DNA of 64,000 nt from the human T2T-CHM13v2.0 reference genome, Homo sapiens, in NCBI RefSeq assembly GCF_009914755.1, contig NC_060928.1. One strand, given 5' to 3'. Positions 12,951 through 26,085 of this stretch are shown one piece after another. The position numbers and the translations under genes were made by a program. The number at the start of each line of letters is the position of its first letter. Within the stretch, counting starts at the first letter, position 1. Below the pieces are notes generated by a model. The model was not told where the DNA came from, searched no databases, and worked only from the letters and a program-made list of their open reading frames with translations.

Positions 12951-14094
12951 CTCATCTGGTTGCATCTCAATTATCAAATATCTCAGAATAAAAAACAGCA
13001 AGTATCATTAATAGTCATTTAGAAGGTCTAGGTAAAACCAGTTTGGGTATGGTTTTCAAAAGTTTAAAAAGAGAATGATTATATGACTTACCTATCAAAA
13101 CTTTTGCAAATCAGTTGCTTTTAAAAAATTGGAAAAAGGTTTGATCATCTAGTTAAACACTATATCCCTAAAAATAATTCTAATTTTTGGTAGGCAACAT
13201 TATGTGAACTTTGTCTCATAAAACAGAAACAATTGAAAAGTTTGCTAATGTTGCTATAACAAAACATCATCTGTTTGCATCAACTTACTTTCAGGTACAG
13301 AGTTTTCTCATTACTTCCATAAGAATGTAGTACAGAAATATAATTGATGATGATGCCAGTTTAATTCTAGCACCAGATAATATTCATAAATACATGAACT
13401 ATTTGATTTTAAAATGTATATAGAGAGATAGTATAAGACCCATATTTTAGATATAAATTTCATTTCACGCTTGACATTTTCTTAAAATTTGTAGTATACA
13501 TGTTTTGACTGATTCCATACTAAAATAATTGAAGTTATTCAATTCAGCTCTGAAGAAATATTTTAACACCTACAGACTCATGTCCAGAAGAACTAAAAAC
13601 ACAAGTCAATATTCATCTATAATTTTTTAGAATAACATTATGGTATGATAATAAATAGAAGACTTTCCAGTTGAAAATATATTATATATTAGGGTAATAA
13701 TCTATGAAAATGTGCAATTAAAACATGAATGTAAGAAGAAAAAGTGACATAGCCAAAATTTTTAGTTTGGTAAAGAAGAGTTTATTCATGTATATTTTTT
13801 CTTCATGGATAACAATGAGTTATCAAATTGCCTTGGCATTTAGATTCCAATGGGACTATTTCAAAGAGAAATATAACAATTTTATTTTAAATGTTAATAT
13901 TTATAACAATATAATGAAGATTGTATATTTTGCCTAATATGAGCTCATTAAAAAACCTATTGTATGAAAATGTAGATATTATCAAAAATATCTGATCACA
14001 CAACAAGACAAGGACTAATACCTGTCGTAGTTTTTTCCCAGCACAAGAATAATCCCAGGTAAAACAAAGTTACAAAATGCCACCATTAATTTGA

Positions 14095-14290
14095 TGACTA
14101 TTAGTAATGTAATGAATATTAGTAATTCATTGATTTAATGAATATTTATAATTAGTAATATTCATAATTAATATTAGTAATTTAATCACTTAGTAATAAA
14201 TCAACCAGTTAGTATTAATTCATTACTAATCAGTAATTAATGAATATTAGTAATTCGTGCCAAAACAAACATTAATAATTAGTAAGTCAT
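14095..14290. repeat. Degenerate AT-rich repeat built on TTAGTAAT
   Basis: Six forward TTAGTAAT, one reverse, plus variants; 19-bp TAATGAATATTAGTAATTC occurs twice. Confidence 0.75.
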
Positions 14291-15307
14291 CAATAAATTA
14301 ACCCCTAGATTTTGTTGATATGTCAACATATTTATAAATTTTCATTTGCAAAATGTTTTCACTTTTGGAGTAGCATACTAATAATATCAATGAAATCTGG
14401 AAAATACACCCAGAAAAATAGACACAGGCAGAATTTTTATAAAAGAATATACAGTGCTGTTGAGAAAATTTGGTATGTGTGGAATTATAGAGAGGGCATA
14501 TAAAATAAATTTTAAAATAATTAACTCATACAAAATAACACAACCACAGTTTGTTCTTCAGTTTTTTAGAAAACTGATTTAAGCAAACATCTCAATTCAA
14601 TACCTTCTGGAGCTTCCCTTTTTAAAACTTCTCAAAAATGTTACTCTTAAACAGTTTACTTCCATATGTTTTTAATTGTTAAAAAGGAGAAATTATTTGA
14701 ATATTTTTGATTCTTTGAAAGTATATCTTCAGAAAAAATGTTTGCACTTACATATTTCAAAATATTTTAGGTAATTTTATATTCATATACTCAAATTACT
14801 GCTGTATGGAAGGGATGCTGTATTTATGTCATATAATTTAAAAAACAAATTACAGATATCTAATTATACTTTTGCTGTTTAATATAATTTGCTCACTTTA
14901 CTTGTCTAGTTTGTAGAAGTACAAATATGAATTTATTTTTTTCTTTAGAAAAATACATAATATATTTTATTAAATTATTTTCAATTGTAAGTTAAATTAC
15001 TTCAATTTTGGTAGACTATATTATTCACATATATTCCTTTTATATTATAAATTTTTATATTCCTGTCTTCAGAGATAAAACATGTATCGTGAAACATTTC
15101 ATGATGAATAAGAACCATATAAATTAAATATTTCTGAAGAAAATGACAATATGCAATGAATACAAATTAAAATTGGAGAAAGTTGAAGTCCATTAAACTC
15201 TAGTGATTTCAAGAGCCTGAAGAATAAAAATGGCAGATGCTATTACTACTTATTTTATTTCACCCCCTCAGACCCTCGGAGAAAATGCACTGCTGTGAAT
15301 GAACACA

Positions 15308-16893
15308 TTTCTATCAAATTACCAACGTCATTTTTCAATTAGAAAATACTCTTCTAAAATTTAAATGGGATGAAAAAAGAGTCTGAATAGCCAAAGAAAT
15401 CCTAATCAAAAAGAACTAAAGCCTGTGGCATCACATTACCTGACTTCAAACTATATTACAAAGCTACAGCAACCACGACAACATGGTATTAGTGCAACAA
15501 TAGACACATAGAAAAATAGAACAGAATGGAGAACCCAGAAATAAAGCAGTGTATATACAACTAACTATTCATCAATAAAGTCAGCAAAAATAAGCAATGG
15601 AGGAAGTACTTTCTATTCAATAAATGGTGCTGGGAAAACTGGCTAATCATATGCAGACGAATGAAACTGGACTTCTATCTCTCACCAGATACAAAATTTA
15701 ACTCAAGATGGATTAAAGACTTAAATGTAAGATTTCATATCCTAAAAATCTTAGAGGAAAACCTAGGAAATATCCTTCTGTACATCAGCCTTGGCAAATA
15801 ATTTATGACCAAGTCCTCAAAAGCAATTGCGACAAAAACAAAATTGACAATTGGGACCTAACTGAACTGGAGAACTTCGCACAGCAAAATAATATGTCAA
15901 CAGAATAAAGAGACGACCTACAGAATGGAAGAAAATATTTGCAAACTATGCATCTGCCAAAGGACTAATGTCCAGAATCTATAAGGAACATAAACAATTC
16001 AGTAAGAAAAAAAACAATAACCATATTAAAAAGTGGGCAAAGGACATGAACAGACACTTCTCAAAAGAAGACATGCAAGCGACCGACAAACATAAAAAAA
16101 TTGCTCAATATCACTAATCATCAGAGCAATGCAAATCAAAATCACAATGAGATACCATTTTATACCAGCCTGAATGGCTACTACTAAAAAGTCAAAAAAA
16201 CAACAGATGCTGGTGAGGCTGCAGAGAAAAGGGAATGCTTAGACACTGTTGGTGAGACTGTAAATTATTTCATTCACTATGGAAAGTAGTTTAGAGATTA
16301 CTCATAGAACTTAACACAGAACTACCATTTGACTCAGCAATCCCATCACTGGGTAAATATACAAAAAAACAAAAACAAATTGTTCTACCAAAAAGATACA
16401 TGCACTCATGCATTCATTTCTATACTATTCCTAATGGCAAAGACATGGAATCAACCTAAGTTCCCATCAATGTTTAACTGGATAAAGAAAATGTAGTACA
16501 TATAAACTATGGAAGAGTATTCAGCCATAAAAAAGAATGAAGTCATGTCCTTTGCAGCAACATGGATGCAGCTGAAGGCCATTATCCTAAGCAAATTAAT
16601 GCAGAAGCAGAAAACCAAATATCACATATTCTCACCTATAGGTGGGAGCTAAATCTTGGGTACACACAGACATAAAGATGAGAACAACAGATACTGGGAA
16701 ATCCAAAAATAGGGAGAAAGGAAGGGAACAAGGGCTGAAATACTTCCCATTGGGTACTATGTTAACTATCTGGGTGATAGGATCGACAGAAGCCCAAAAC
16801 TCAGCATCACACAATATACCCTTGGAAAAATCTTGTACGTTAATCCCCTGAAACCAAAATAAAAATGGAAATTTCAAAATAAAGGAAGAAAAA
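15308..16893 (+). mobile_element. 5'-truncated L1PB (L1PB3/4-like): end of ORF2 and 3' UTR
   Basis: ggcatcacattacctgacttcaaactata, aaatggtgctgggaaaactggcta, gcagcaacatggatgcagctg, 3' UTR ctcagcatcacacaatataccc, A-rich tail; many stops and frameshifts. Confidence 0.92.
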
Positions 16894-19674
16894 ACACACA
16901 GTGTGTTGCTTTTTACACTAACAATTTTACACTTAAGTTTCAAAAATATTTCTTCCAGCAATACTTTGTCCTTGAGAATATTAAGGTACGCCCACCCAGC
17001 TCTTTTTTAAGAAATACATGATACAAACAAAAGGCAAACAAACGAACACCAGAAAATTTGCACGATTCAATGAAAACATGTTTATTCATTCACTGTTTAT
17101 TCATTTTACTCTCCTGTTCTAGAGGAGACAAGTGGTTTGTTTCTTTCCCTGGAGAAACTCTTGGTATGAGCTTTGAAATGTCAAGTATAATTAAGACAAA
17201 GTGTACTTTTTAGCTCGACAAAAGAAATGTATCTTTCAAAATAACTGTCTCTTGAAGGTAGAAAACACAGTCTATCTCAGTTGAAACAGCTCATTGTGTT
17301 AAATCACTTGTCAACTTCAGCATGGCTCCACTGTGGTATATAATTTAGCTGAGTGTCCCATCATTGCCCAGCATGGATGGTACTACCAATGGGTACTATC
17401 ACAGCACATTTATGAAGTTCTGAGTATTAAAAAGAACCCAGATGCCAACTGCTTTAAAATGTAAACAATACGAATTTGCTTGTGACAGAATAAACTCAAG
17501 TTGAAATAGTAAATCCACAAGTAATTGGGACAAAATGTATAAAAAAAGTAAACTAAATGTTGTTTGGCATTTCACTGAAATTTCTCATTTAGCTGTCATG
17601 GATACATACTATATTTTAGATTTGTGGGAGTTCATTTCTTCGGAAAACAGCCATGCATCACATTTACATAAAAAACGTACAATTCTTTGTGATTTCATGG
17701 ATGACTTCTCAAAGCAGCATGTATATTAATGTAACACAAAAATATGAGTAAATTGTGTTGTAGGAAATTTTTCAAGGAATATGTTTATGCTCAGTGCCTG
17801 ACTGGATACAACATTTTAAAATTTTTTATTAAAATACCTTGAGTACCTTTTATCAAACAGGAAATAAACAGTGTATTTTTTTGTAAATAAATGTTTTTGC
17901 TTTTATTATGTATCTATATGAACAGCTAAGGAGAAGTCCCAACATGTATGACAGACCTTGGCCTTAGATTCAGGGATACCTCAGTTCCCATACAAAAATA
18001 GCAGAAATAGACTGTATGATCTCTACCAACGGTAAATGATCTCATAATCATAATTACTTTCTTAGTTATAATATCTATAGGTGCTGTGGGCTTTATGATT
18101 AAATACCAGTTTTCAATCATTATTATTTCTAACTCTGTTAAATGGATATTTTTTGAAATTCCATAGCCTGGAATATATTTTTAAAACTTTGAAGGACATT
18201 TATATTGAAGAAATGTATATACTTGGCCTAGTTCAGCTTGTTTTTGCAGTTTTGAAAACTCTATGTCTTTTCTCATGTTCTTGCCTCCATTCTATATGAC
18301 TTTTTCCAGTTTTCTTTTCCTGGACAAGCTTATCTATTTGTCAAGGCCAAAGCCAATTGTGACCTCATAAGTAGAGTATTCTCTAATCAACAGAGAAATA
18401 ATTAACAGGTCCTTCTTCTTTGTTTTCAAGTCACATTACTATTCTATTGGTTATACTCCTTATTCCATTGAATTATGGTGGATTAAATATGTACCTAAAT
18501 TGTGATCTAATTTTCAGTTTGTCAAAGCCAGAGAACATATTTATATATATTTAAAATCACTAGTTTCTGATAACAACTAAAGACAGATAAAATATTTGAG
18601 TTAAATTGGATTCAATTTAAATGCCATGCTTGGCTATTGTAGTAAGTCCATAACCTATCATAAGTGTGAAAGTTAAAGAAGACCATCTATATTGCCTTTA
18701 TGATATTTTGATGTGTCTTCAATACCAATGTCCACATCTCACAGGTAAACAAATAGGTATGGAAATCATATATCAAGAATAGTAATGATGTTGGAGAAGG
18801 ATTTCTTAAAAAAAACTGAATATGCTATGAATTATATCTCTTCTTGACAGAGGAATGCATAGCAAAACCCCTTAGAACATAAAAAAAGTCACCAGTCTTT
18901 ATGTCATAATTTTAAACTTTTTAGAGAACTATGTGGCATTAAAAAAGTTCAAAAAGCACTGAAGAGGGAGTCATTCCTCCAGTTTTTATCAGAGAATCTA
19001 AGCCTTAAGGGTATCATGCATTATTTCCCTCTCCCTACCACCACCTTTATGACATGACTGATATTCACAATTCTGTACTCATAACTAATAAGTGGATTCA
19101 GGACCATGGATAGGTATAAAATGTGCACATTGAAACTGAAGTATTTTTTAGTCATTTATTTGGCCATACTGTAGATGCTAAAGAATATGCTATTTGTCAT
19201 GTTCTGGCTCATTTATTTTTCATAACAATTTTATGAAATGTGTTTGTTGATAATCAAAATGAGACTTATAGACTTTAATCTCAGCCTTTATATTTGATCT
19301 CAAATCTGTGTAATTTGAAAAGCCTGTGTATTTAAAACTACTCTACTCCTTTCTTAAATGAAACCTATTGGTGACTATTCTGTATTGATGATTGCTGTAC
19401 TATGAACATGTAGCTTTATCAGGGTGTTAAAAAACAAAATATTCCATCTGTCTTCAAAAGATCTTCATAAATAGACATTATTAAAAAGTGGCTAAAGTTT
19501 TCAGTCCAAATCATATGTTGGACTATAATGTATAAAAAAGATAATCAATTAAATAAAGTCAGAATATTTTTTAAATAACGTAACTGATGACCATATCAGA
19601 TGTGTTCATTAATGGAGTCATTTGATCAGATGTGGTCCATTTTTTTCTCAGGCTTATTTAGGCATAATTACATA

Positions 19675-20038
19675 TGGTAAGGAGTCCGCCACTGGTTAAA
19701 AACCTATATGTGATTTTTAGGCCTGACCATAGGCAGTTGCAAAGGCGTTACCTGGGAAGGCCTCATGGAGGAAGCTGCCCTCCCCGCACCAGACTGAGTG
19801 CACCGCCAGTGCATTGAAGTCTCTGAAGGGAGCTGCAGTCAAGGTCTCAGCCCCCTGGCCAATCTTCTTTCATACATTTACACTCCGAGCCCTGGCACCT
19901 TCATTCCTAGTGATCCTCAACTGAAGCCTTGGGCAGAGGCCTTACTCGGGCTCTTCTACTGAGACCTCAGCGGGGAGGAAGGGAAAACCTCAGAGTCATT
20001 TTTCCCCACTTTGACCCAGTATCCAATGCTGAGTGACA
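19675..20038. mobile_element. Probable solo LTR of unassigned family (GC-rich island)
   Basis: About 360-bp GC-rich block with TG start (tggtaaggagtc) and CA end (gagtgaca) in AT-rich DNA; family not recognised. Confidence 0.4.
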
Positions 20039-20699
20039 TTAAAATGTGAACTCAGTGAAATAAACTACTATTTCTGTAGAATAACTACAAATATGTCTTC
20101 TATTGTTTACTTAACAGCAAATACCAAAAAAAAATGTTTTTAATGAAATAACTCTTTAAAGGCCAACTTAAGATTTTAAGAGGTAATTGTTTAAGAAAAG
20201 GAAAAACTGTCATTTAGCTTATCAATTTAAATTCAGGAATATTTATAAAGTGCAGTGAAAGTAAGAGCCTGGAAATGCAAACATTAATCTATTGAAACTA
20301 CTCACAAAATGAGATTAGACATGATCAATTCATGTGAATTTTTTAGAGTCCATTGTTTTGATGTTTCTTATACTATATATTAATTTTTTCTAGAAAATAG
20401 AGTCTGTAATGCAAATAATTTGCATCAAATATAGCTTTAGCAACAAGAACAACAAGAACCTTAAGATATGTAAATAATTTAGGGCATGATGTGGATTTCC
20501 AAGGGAACTGACTGCAACAATGAGATTATTATTCTGGCTACTTATTAGAAAAGCACTCATCTAAATACTATCTTTTAAAGAAACTGCCCTAGCTCATCAT
20601 GATGTATTATTAGGAAACATACACTTATGACTGGTTATTATAGATTTTTGAAAACCAATTTAACAAGATATCTTTTCAACTTTTCAACTCTCTCCTTTC

Positions 20700-21115
20700 A
20701 GCTTAGAGATTCTATTTCCAGAAATATATCAAAAGGAAATAATTTGAAAAAGCATGTATAGATATTTAACTATATAAATATTCAACATTTATTAGAATGA
20801 AAATTAAGAAATATTTTGAAAGTTCCCAAATAGTGAAACAAACAAATATATATCATTTCTGTATGATGAGATACTTTGAGGATATTAGAAATAATACTGT
20901 TAGAAAACGTTTAATGAAAGACGGATATTTGGTAAATATATGTAATACTATATGAATAAACAAAAATAATATGTTACAATGCTGTATCTTTAGTAATATC
21001 TCACTTTGTTTTAAAGTATTTATTAAAATAGATGATACATCAAAATGGTAGCATCAGTTTTCTCTACATCCTGTGATTTAAGTTCCTGATATGTATTCTC
21101 CAAATTTCCTATAGT
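20700..21115 (+). mobile_element. Ancient L1ME 3' remnant
   Basis: tctatttccagaaatatatcaaaaggaaataat..tatgatgagatac..catcaaaatggtagcatcagttttctct. Confidence 0.5.
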
Positions 21116-21330
21116 TAAAATATATTATATTCATCTTTGAACAAATGAATGTCTAAAATATGAACATTGTTAGGGTTCATGCAATAAAATAAATTCCCAC
21201 ACATATCAATCAATCTGTTTGTAGGTTTGTGAGAGTCTTTTTCTTTTCCTTTGGAATCAAGTAATGAATACAACAATTTATTTAAAATTTTGCTTTACTA
21301 AATGCCCACATTTTTCTCACCTATCTATTT

Positions 21331-21641
<311 letters not shown>

Positions 21642-22189
21642 CTCATCTATCTAGTTCCTTTTCTACCTTATATGATAATACACAGTCTAATTTTCTCTTT
21701 TTGACTATATCATAATATGAATAGTAGCCAGAGATTGAATATTTTATCTTTTTTATACTAATAATGTAAGGATTTTAAAAAGTGTATTGTGGTAAAACTT
21801 CATAAGAACAACATTCTTCTGTCTTTAAAGCTATAATTTTTAATGATAGTTTAATGTAAAGTTTATTGTTTCGGCATTAAAGTTGGAATGATTTTCAAGC
21901 ATACTTTTAATTAAGTATTTAATTTATTTATATGTATCAATATATTCACTCTTCATCTCTCTCCTAGGACCTTTGCTCAATCATGTCAAGATTGAAGTAT
22001 CTAAGTTTAATATCTTCTTCCTCTGTATCTTCTTCTTAAACATCATTCACATTCTAGACTGCAAGTATAATTAACATAATATTGGTATCTCCAACTGGGT
22101 GTTAGTTAATCTCTTTGGGCCTTGCTTTTCTAACTATAAAATTATAGAATAAATTTTGATGATTTCTATCTATGTTCAATTGATGACAA

Positions 22190-22828
22190 TTCTTGAATGG
22201 GAAATGTACAAAATTGACCTGAACATCTTATCATACCAGAAAGAAAAGAGAGTATTAAATATTAATAGGGTAGGATCAAAAGGTCATTGAAATGAACACT
22301 GAAAAAGCTCCCTCTGGCCATAGATGGGAAAACGTGAATATCAATAAGGAAAGTTACCACAATGAGTTGAATTCAGAAATTTGCTAACATTATTCTAAAA
22401 AAAATCATGTTTGGAAGGTGTTAGGAATCAACTCATTATCTAGAAAACTGGCAAATGAAAGGACATATTTTCATTTCAGTAGCATCCCAGATAACAAATA
22501 AAAAATGAAAAAAAATAAGAATATCACTTTTTCACACCCATTAATGAAAAACTTATGATCACCAATGTCCACTAATACTGAGAAAAGGAAAAGACAAGGC
22601 ATTATAAGCCTTTAGATATAAGTACTCAGAAGCAGCTATGCTTGCCCTAATGATTTGAATGTGAATCTGGCCAAGCTTCTAGATTTAACTACAAACTTAC
22701 AGTACATGAAGGAAAATGTATAGTATGTGAAATAATATTATGGCAATAATTTTAGGAAAATGAAGACTATGGAGAATCTACATGGCAATCAACCAGCTTC
22801 TCCAAGAATTTTCAAAATAAAAAAAGAA
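22190..22828 (+). mobile_element. L1MC4/5-like 3' end remnant
   Basis: aacatcttatcataccagaaag, aagctccctctggccatagatggga, ttgaatgtgaatctggccaagcttctagatttaactac. Confidence 0.6.
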
Positions 22829-22830
22829 TT

Positions 22831-23112
22831 GCGAGGCACAGTGGCTCATGCCTGTAATCTCAGCACTTTGGAAGGCTGAAGGAGTTTGATACCAGCCTGG
22901 CTAAAACCGACTCCACGTCCACAAAAAACGGAAAAAAAGTCAGCTGGGCATGATTGTGTGCGCCTGTAATTTCAGCTTCTGAAGAGGCTGATAAGAGAGG
23001 ATTGCTTGAGCCCCGGAGTTCCAGGCTGCAGTGAACTGGTAATCATGTCCCTGCACTACAGCCTGGGATACAAAGTGAGACCCTGTCTCAAAAAAAAAAA
23101 AAAAAAAAAAAA
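22831..23112 (+). mobile_element. AluJ (AluJo-like) with a deletion in the left arm
   Basis: aggattgcttgagccc..ggagttccaggctgcagtga and gtgagaccctgtctc are J diagnostics; A23 tail. Confidence 0.92.
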
Positions 23113-23740
23113 GGGTGAGAGAGAGAGAAGTGGCACCCAAATAAAAATCACTGAAGAAATTTAAAAACTAATTGAAAAATAAGACCATGGCTCCAGAATA
23201 CTCCTGGATTAAATATCATATAATATATGTAGTTGACATATATACCATTGTTAACATCCAGTATGTCAAAAATGTCCAACTCATAAAGGGGCTATATTTG
23301 TGGAACATTTGGTTGATTTTAAATGTTAGCATTTAAGTGAATTTAAATTATCCTTGAATAGAATCATGTTAACAAACATTCTAACAATTGGATTAGCCTA
23401 CTATTTGATTATCATGAGGTGATAGAACATTTAAAGAGTAAATAAGGTGACACAATGAATGCTTCCTGAATGCTAGGCATCTCTTGGAAATTATGTGTAT
23501 GTTATGAGTCCAATATTTTTACATTAAACACTATCTTCAAGAAAAAAAATGACCATGGAGGACTGACAAACAATATAATAGCAAATAACATTTTAATTCT
23601 AATGATTGTGCTACACAAGTGAGACTTACAAAGGCATCTCACTTCAATTCAATATAAAACGCTTCATTTATATTTTTATGTTAAATGTCTCTAACCTATA
23701 ACCTATATAGAACCAAAGAAACAATTCGCATTGCTTTTAT

Positions 23741-24064
<324 letters not shown>

Positions 24065-25739
24065 TAACTCATTTAATTTCCTTAGTATAGAATTTCCAAA
24101 CAGGCTCCTTATAATCTCCCATGTATTCACGTCTTACATAAATATTCACTGAATGAATTTACCTCCATTTTATCCAAATTTGTTTACTGTTTGCTCTCAT
24201 AAATCCAGTGCAGGCCACTTTCTATCCTTTTTTTTTCTGAACATTCATTCTATCTAGAATCCCCTTTCCTTATTCAAATCATGTTGTCATCATAGATGTA
24301 TTCAGAGAGAGCCATACTTTCTGAAGTTCATGAATTACAAAATATTATTAGAGCAACCATGAATAGAAATGCCTAGAGTAGGCTCGTTAATAGATTTCTG
24401 TGCTCTTCCAAGTGCACTTTGAACATCTATAGAGGACGAAGGCTGTGGCTTCATGGCAATTGATATATTAGCTCTGACATTGAGAAATGACCATTATGTT
24501 GGCATGGATTATCAGGAATAACTGTAAGAAATGAACTTACTCTGGAATAAAATTCAAAGATGATACTAAACACATACACACAGAGTATGAAGACAACAGC
24601 AAAAACAAGTGTGACAGCATAGAGCCAGAAACATTTAACAATGAAACAACCTGGTTATTCAAATAAATGTGAATGGTGGCATTGCAGGATAAAGATTTAA
24701 TCATGGCCTGATTGGTTAAGAACTGATGGTCAATCTCTAACTACAGTTTATTTCTACTTGTGCATTAGTTTTGAATACTTTGTAACTGTAATAATGTGGG
24801 TGACAACACAAGTTTCTAAAATGAGGTTGTCTAATATCAAGACGTAGCTCTATAATTTTTCAACAGAGTGACTTAAGTTTTTTATGTTCCTTATTGCCTT
24901 AGCATGAAATCTGGAAGTGCTGAGAGTATGAGTCTCAAAATTTTGTTGTAGGATTTTGTTGAGATAATCTCCTAAACATTCTTATAACATATGAAAAAAA
25001 AGAAGGCTTAGAAATAAGTGAGTGACTTGTATGGTATTCTGCAACTAACAAATAATGCAAAAAAAAATTATACACAGGTTCTATTTGCAAAATTTTGTAA
25101 AATAATTTGAGTAATTGCTTTTATCTACTTATTTATTATTTATAGGATGCTATACATTTAGATACATTTTTATGAAACTTTATTTTAGCTTTTCATTTAA
25201 ACTTTGGTTCTAAATTACTATGTGCAAAATTATGAAACTATACTGTTTAGATTATTCATGCATATAAACACGTGTGTAAGTTTTCATATAAAACATGTTT
25301 AAATGTAACTATATAAACATACTCATAAAAATAGTGAACATATTACTTTATTTTTTCAAAGTCATTTATAATTGTTAAATCTTGTGATATCTTCTCACTG
25401 TTATTTTTCAATCATATTTTAAAGTAAATAATCAAAACTGGAGTGTCATTAATAATAACATGGGAATTTAAAATTTTGTTTTACTTATGGCTTAGTTATA
25501 GTTTTTACAACAGACAACCATATTAGATTTGGGAGACAAATTTAAGATGCAAATGTGGGAAATTAGTTCATGTAATATGAACTTTTTAAACACAATAATA
25601 TCATATAATTCTTTCAATTAATTCCCAAAGAAGTTACATATAATGATCTCATACCAGCAAACATTATACACATTGTTGGAATATTTGTTTTCAAGAATTT
25701 TGATTTTTAATTTAAAAAATGACAAAAATGATTTTTCTA

Positions 25740-26085
25740 AAATTATATATGTAATACACACATTTATACCCATGTAAAAACCTACATATGTAAATATATT
25801 ACATATGTAATACTATATATTTATATAAGTATAATATATTAGACATATATATAATATATACACATATAATGTATTATGTATACATGTACATCATACATAT
25901 ATACATTAGAACACATATATGTATTATGTACATTATATGCATAATACATATATACATAATACATTATATATGTAATGTATAGACATATATAACATGTATA
26001 GATGCTCACATATATGTATGTAGCCATGTAATATATGTAATATACGTATGTAGGTATGTACATAGGTGTGAATATGTGTGTGTAT
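25740..26085. repeat. Degenerate (TA/CATA/TATG)n low-complexity tract
   Basis: About 340 bp of near-continuous alternating purine-pyrimidine. Confidence 0.85.
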
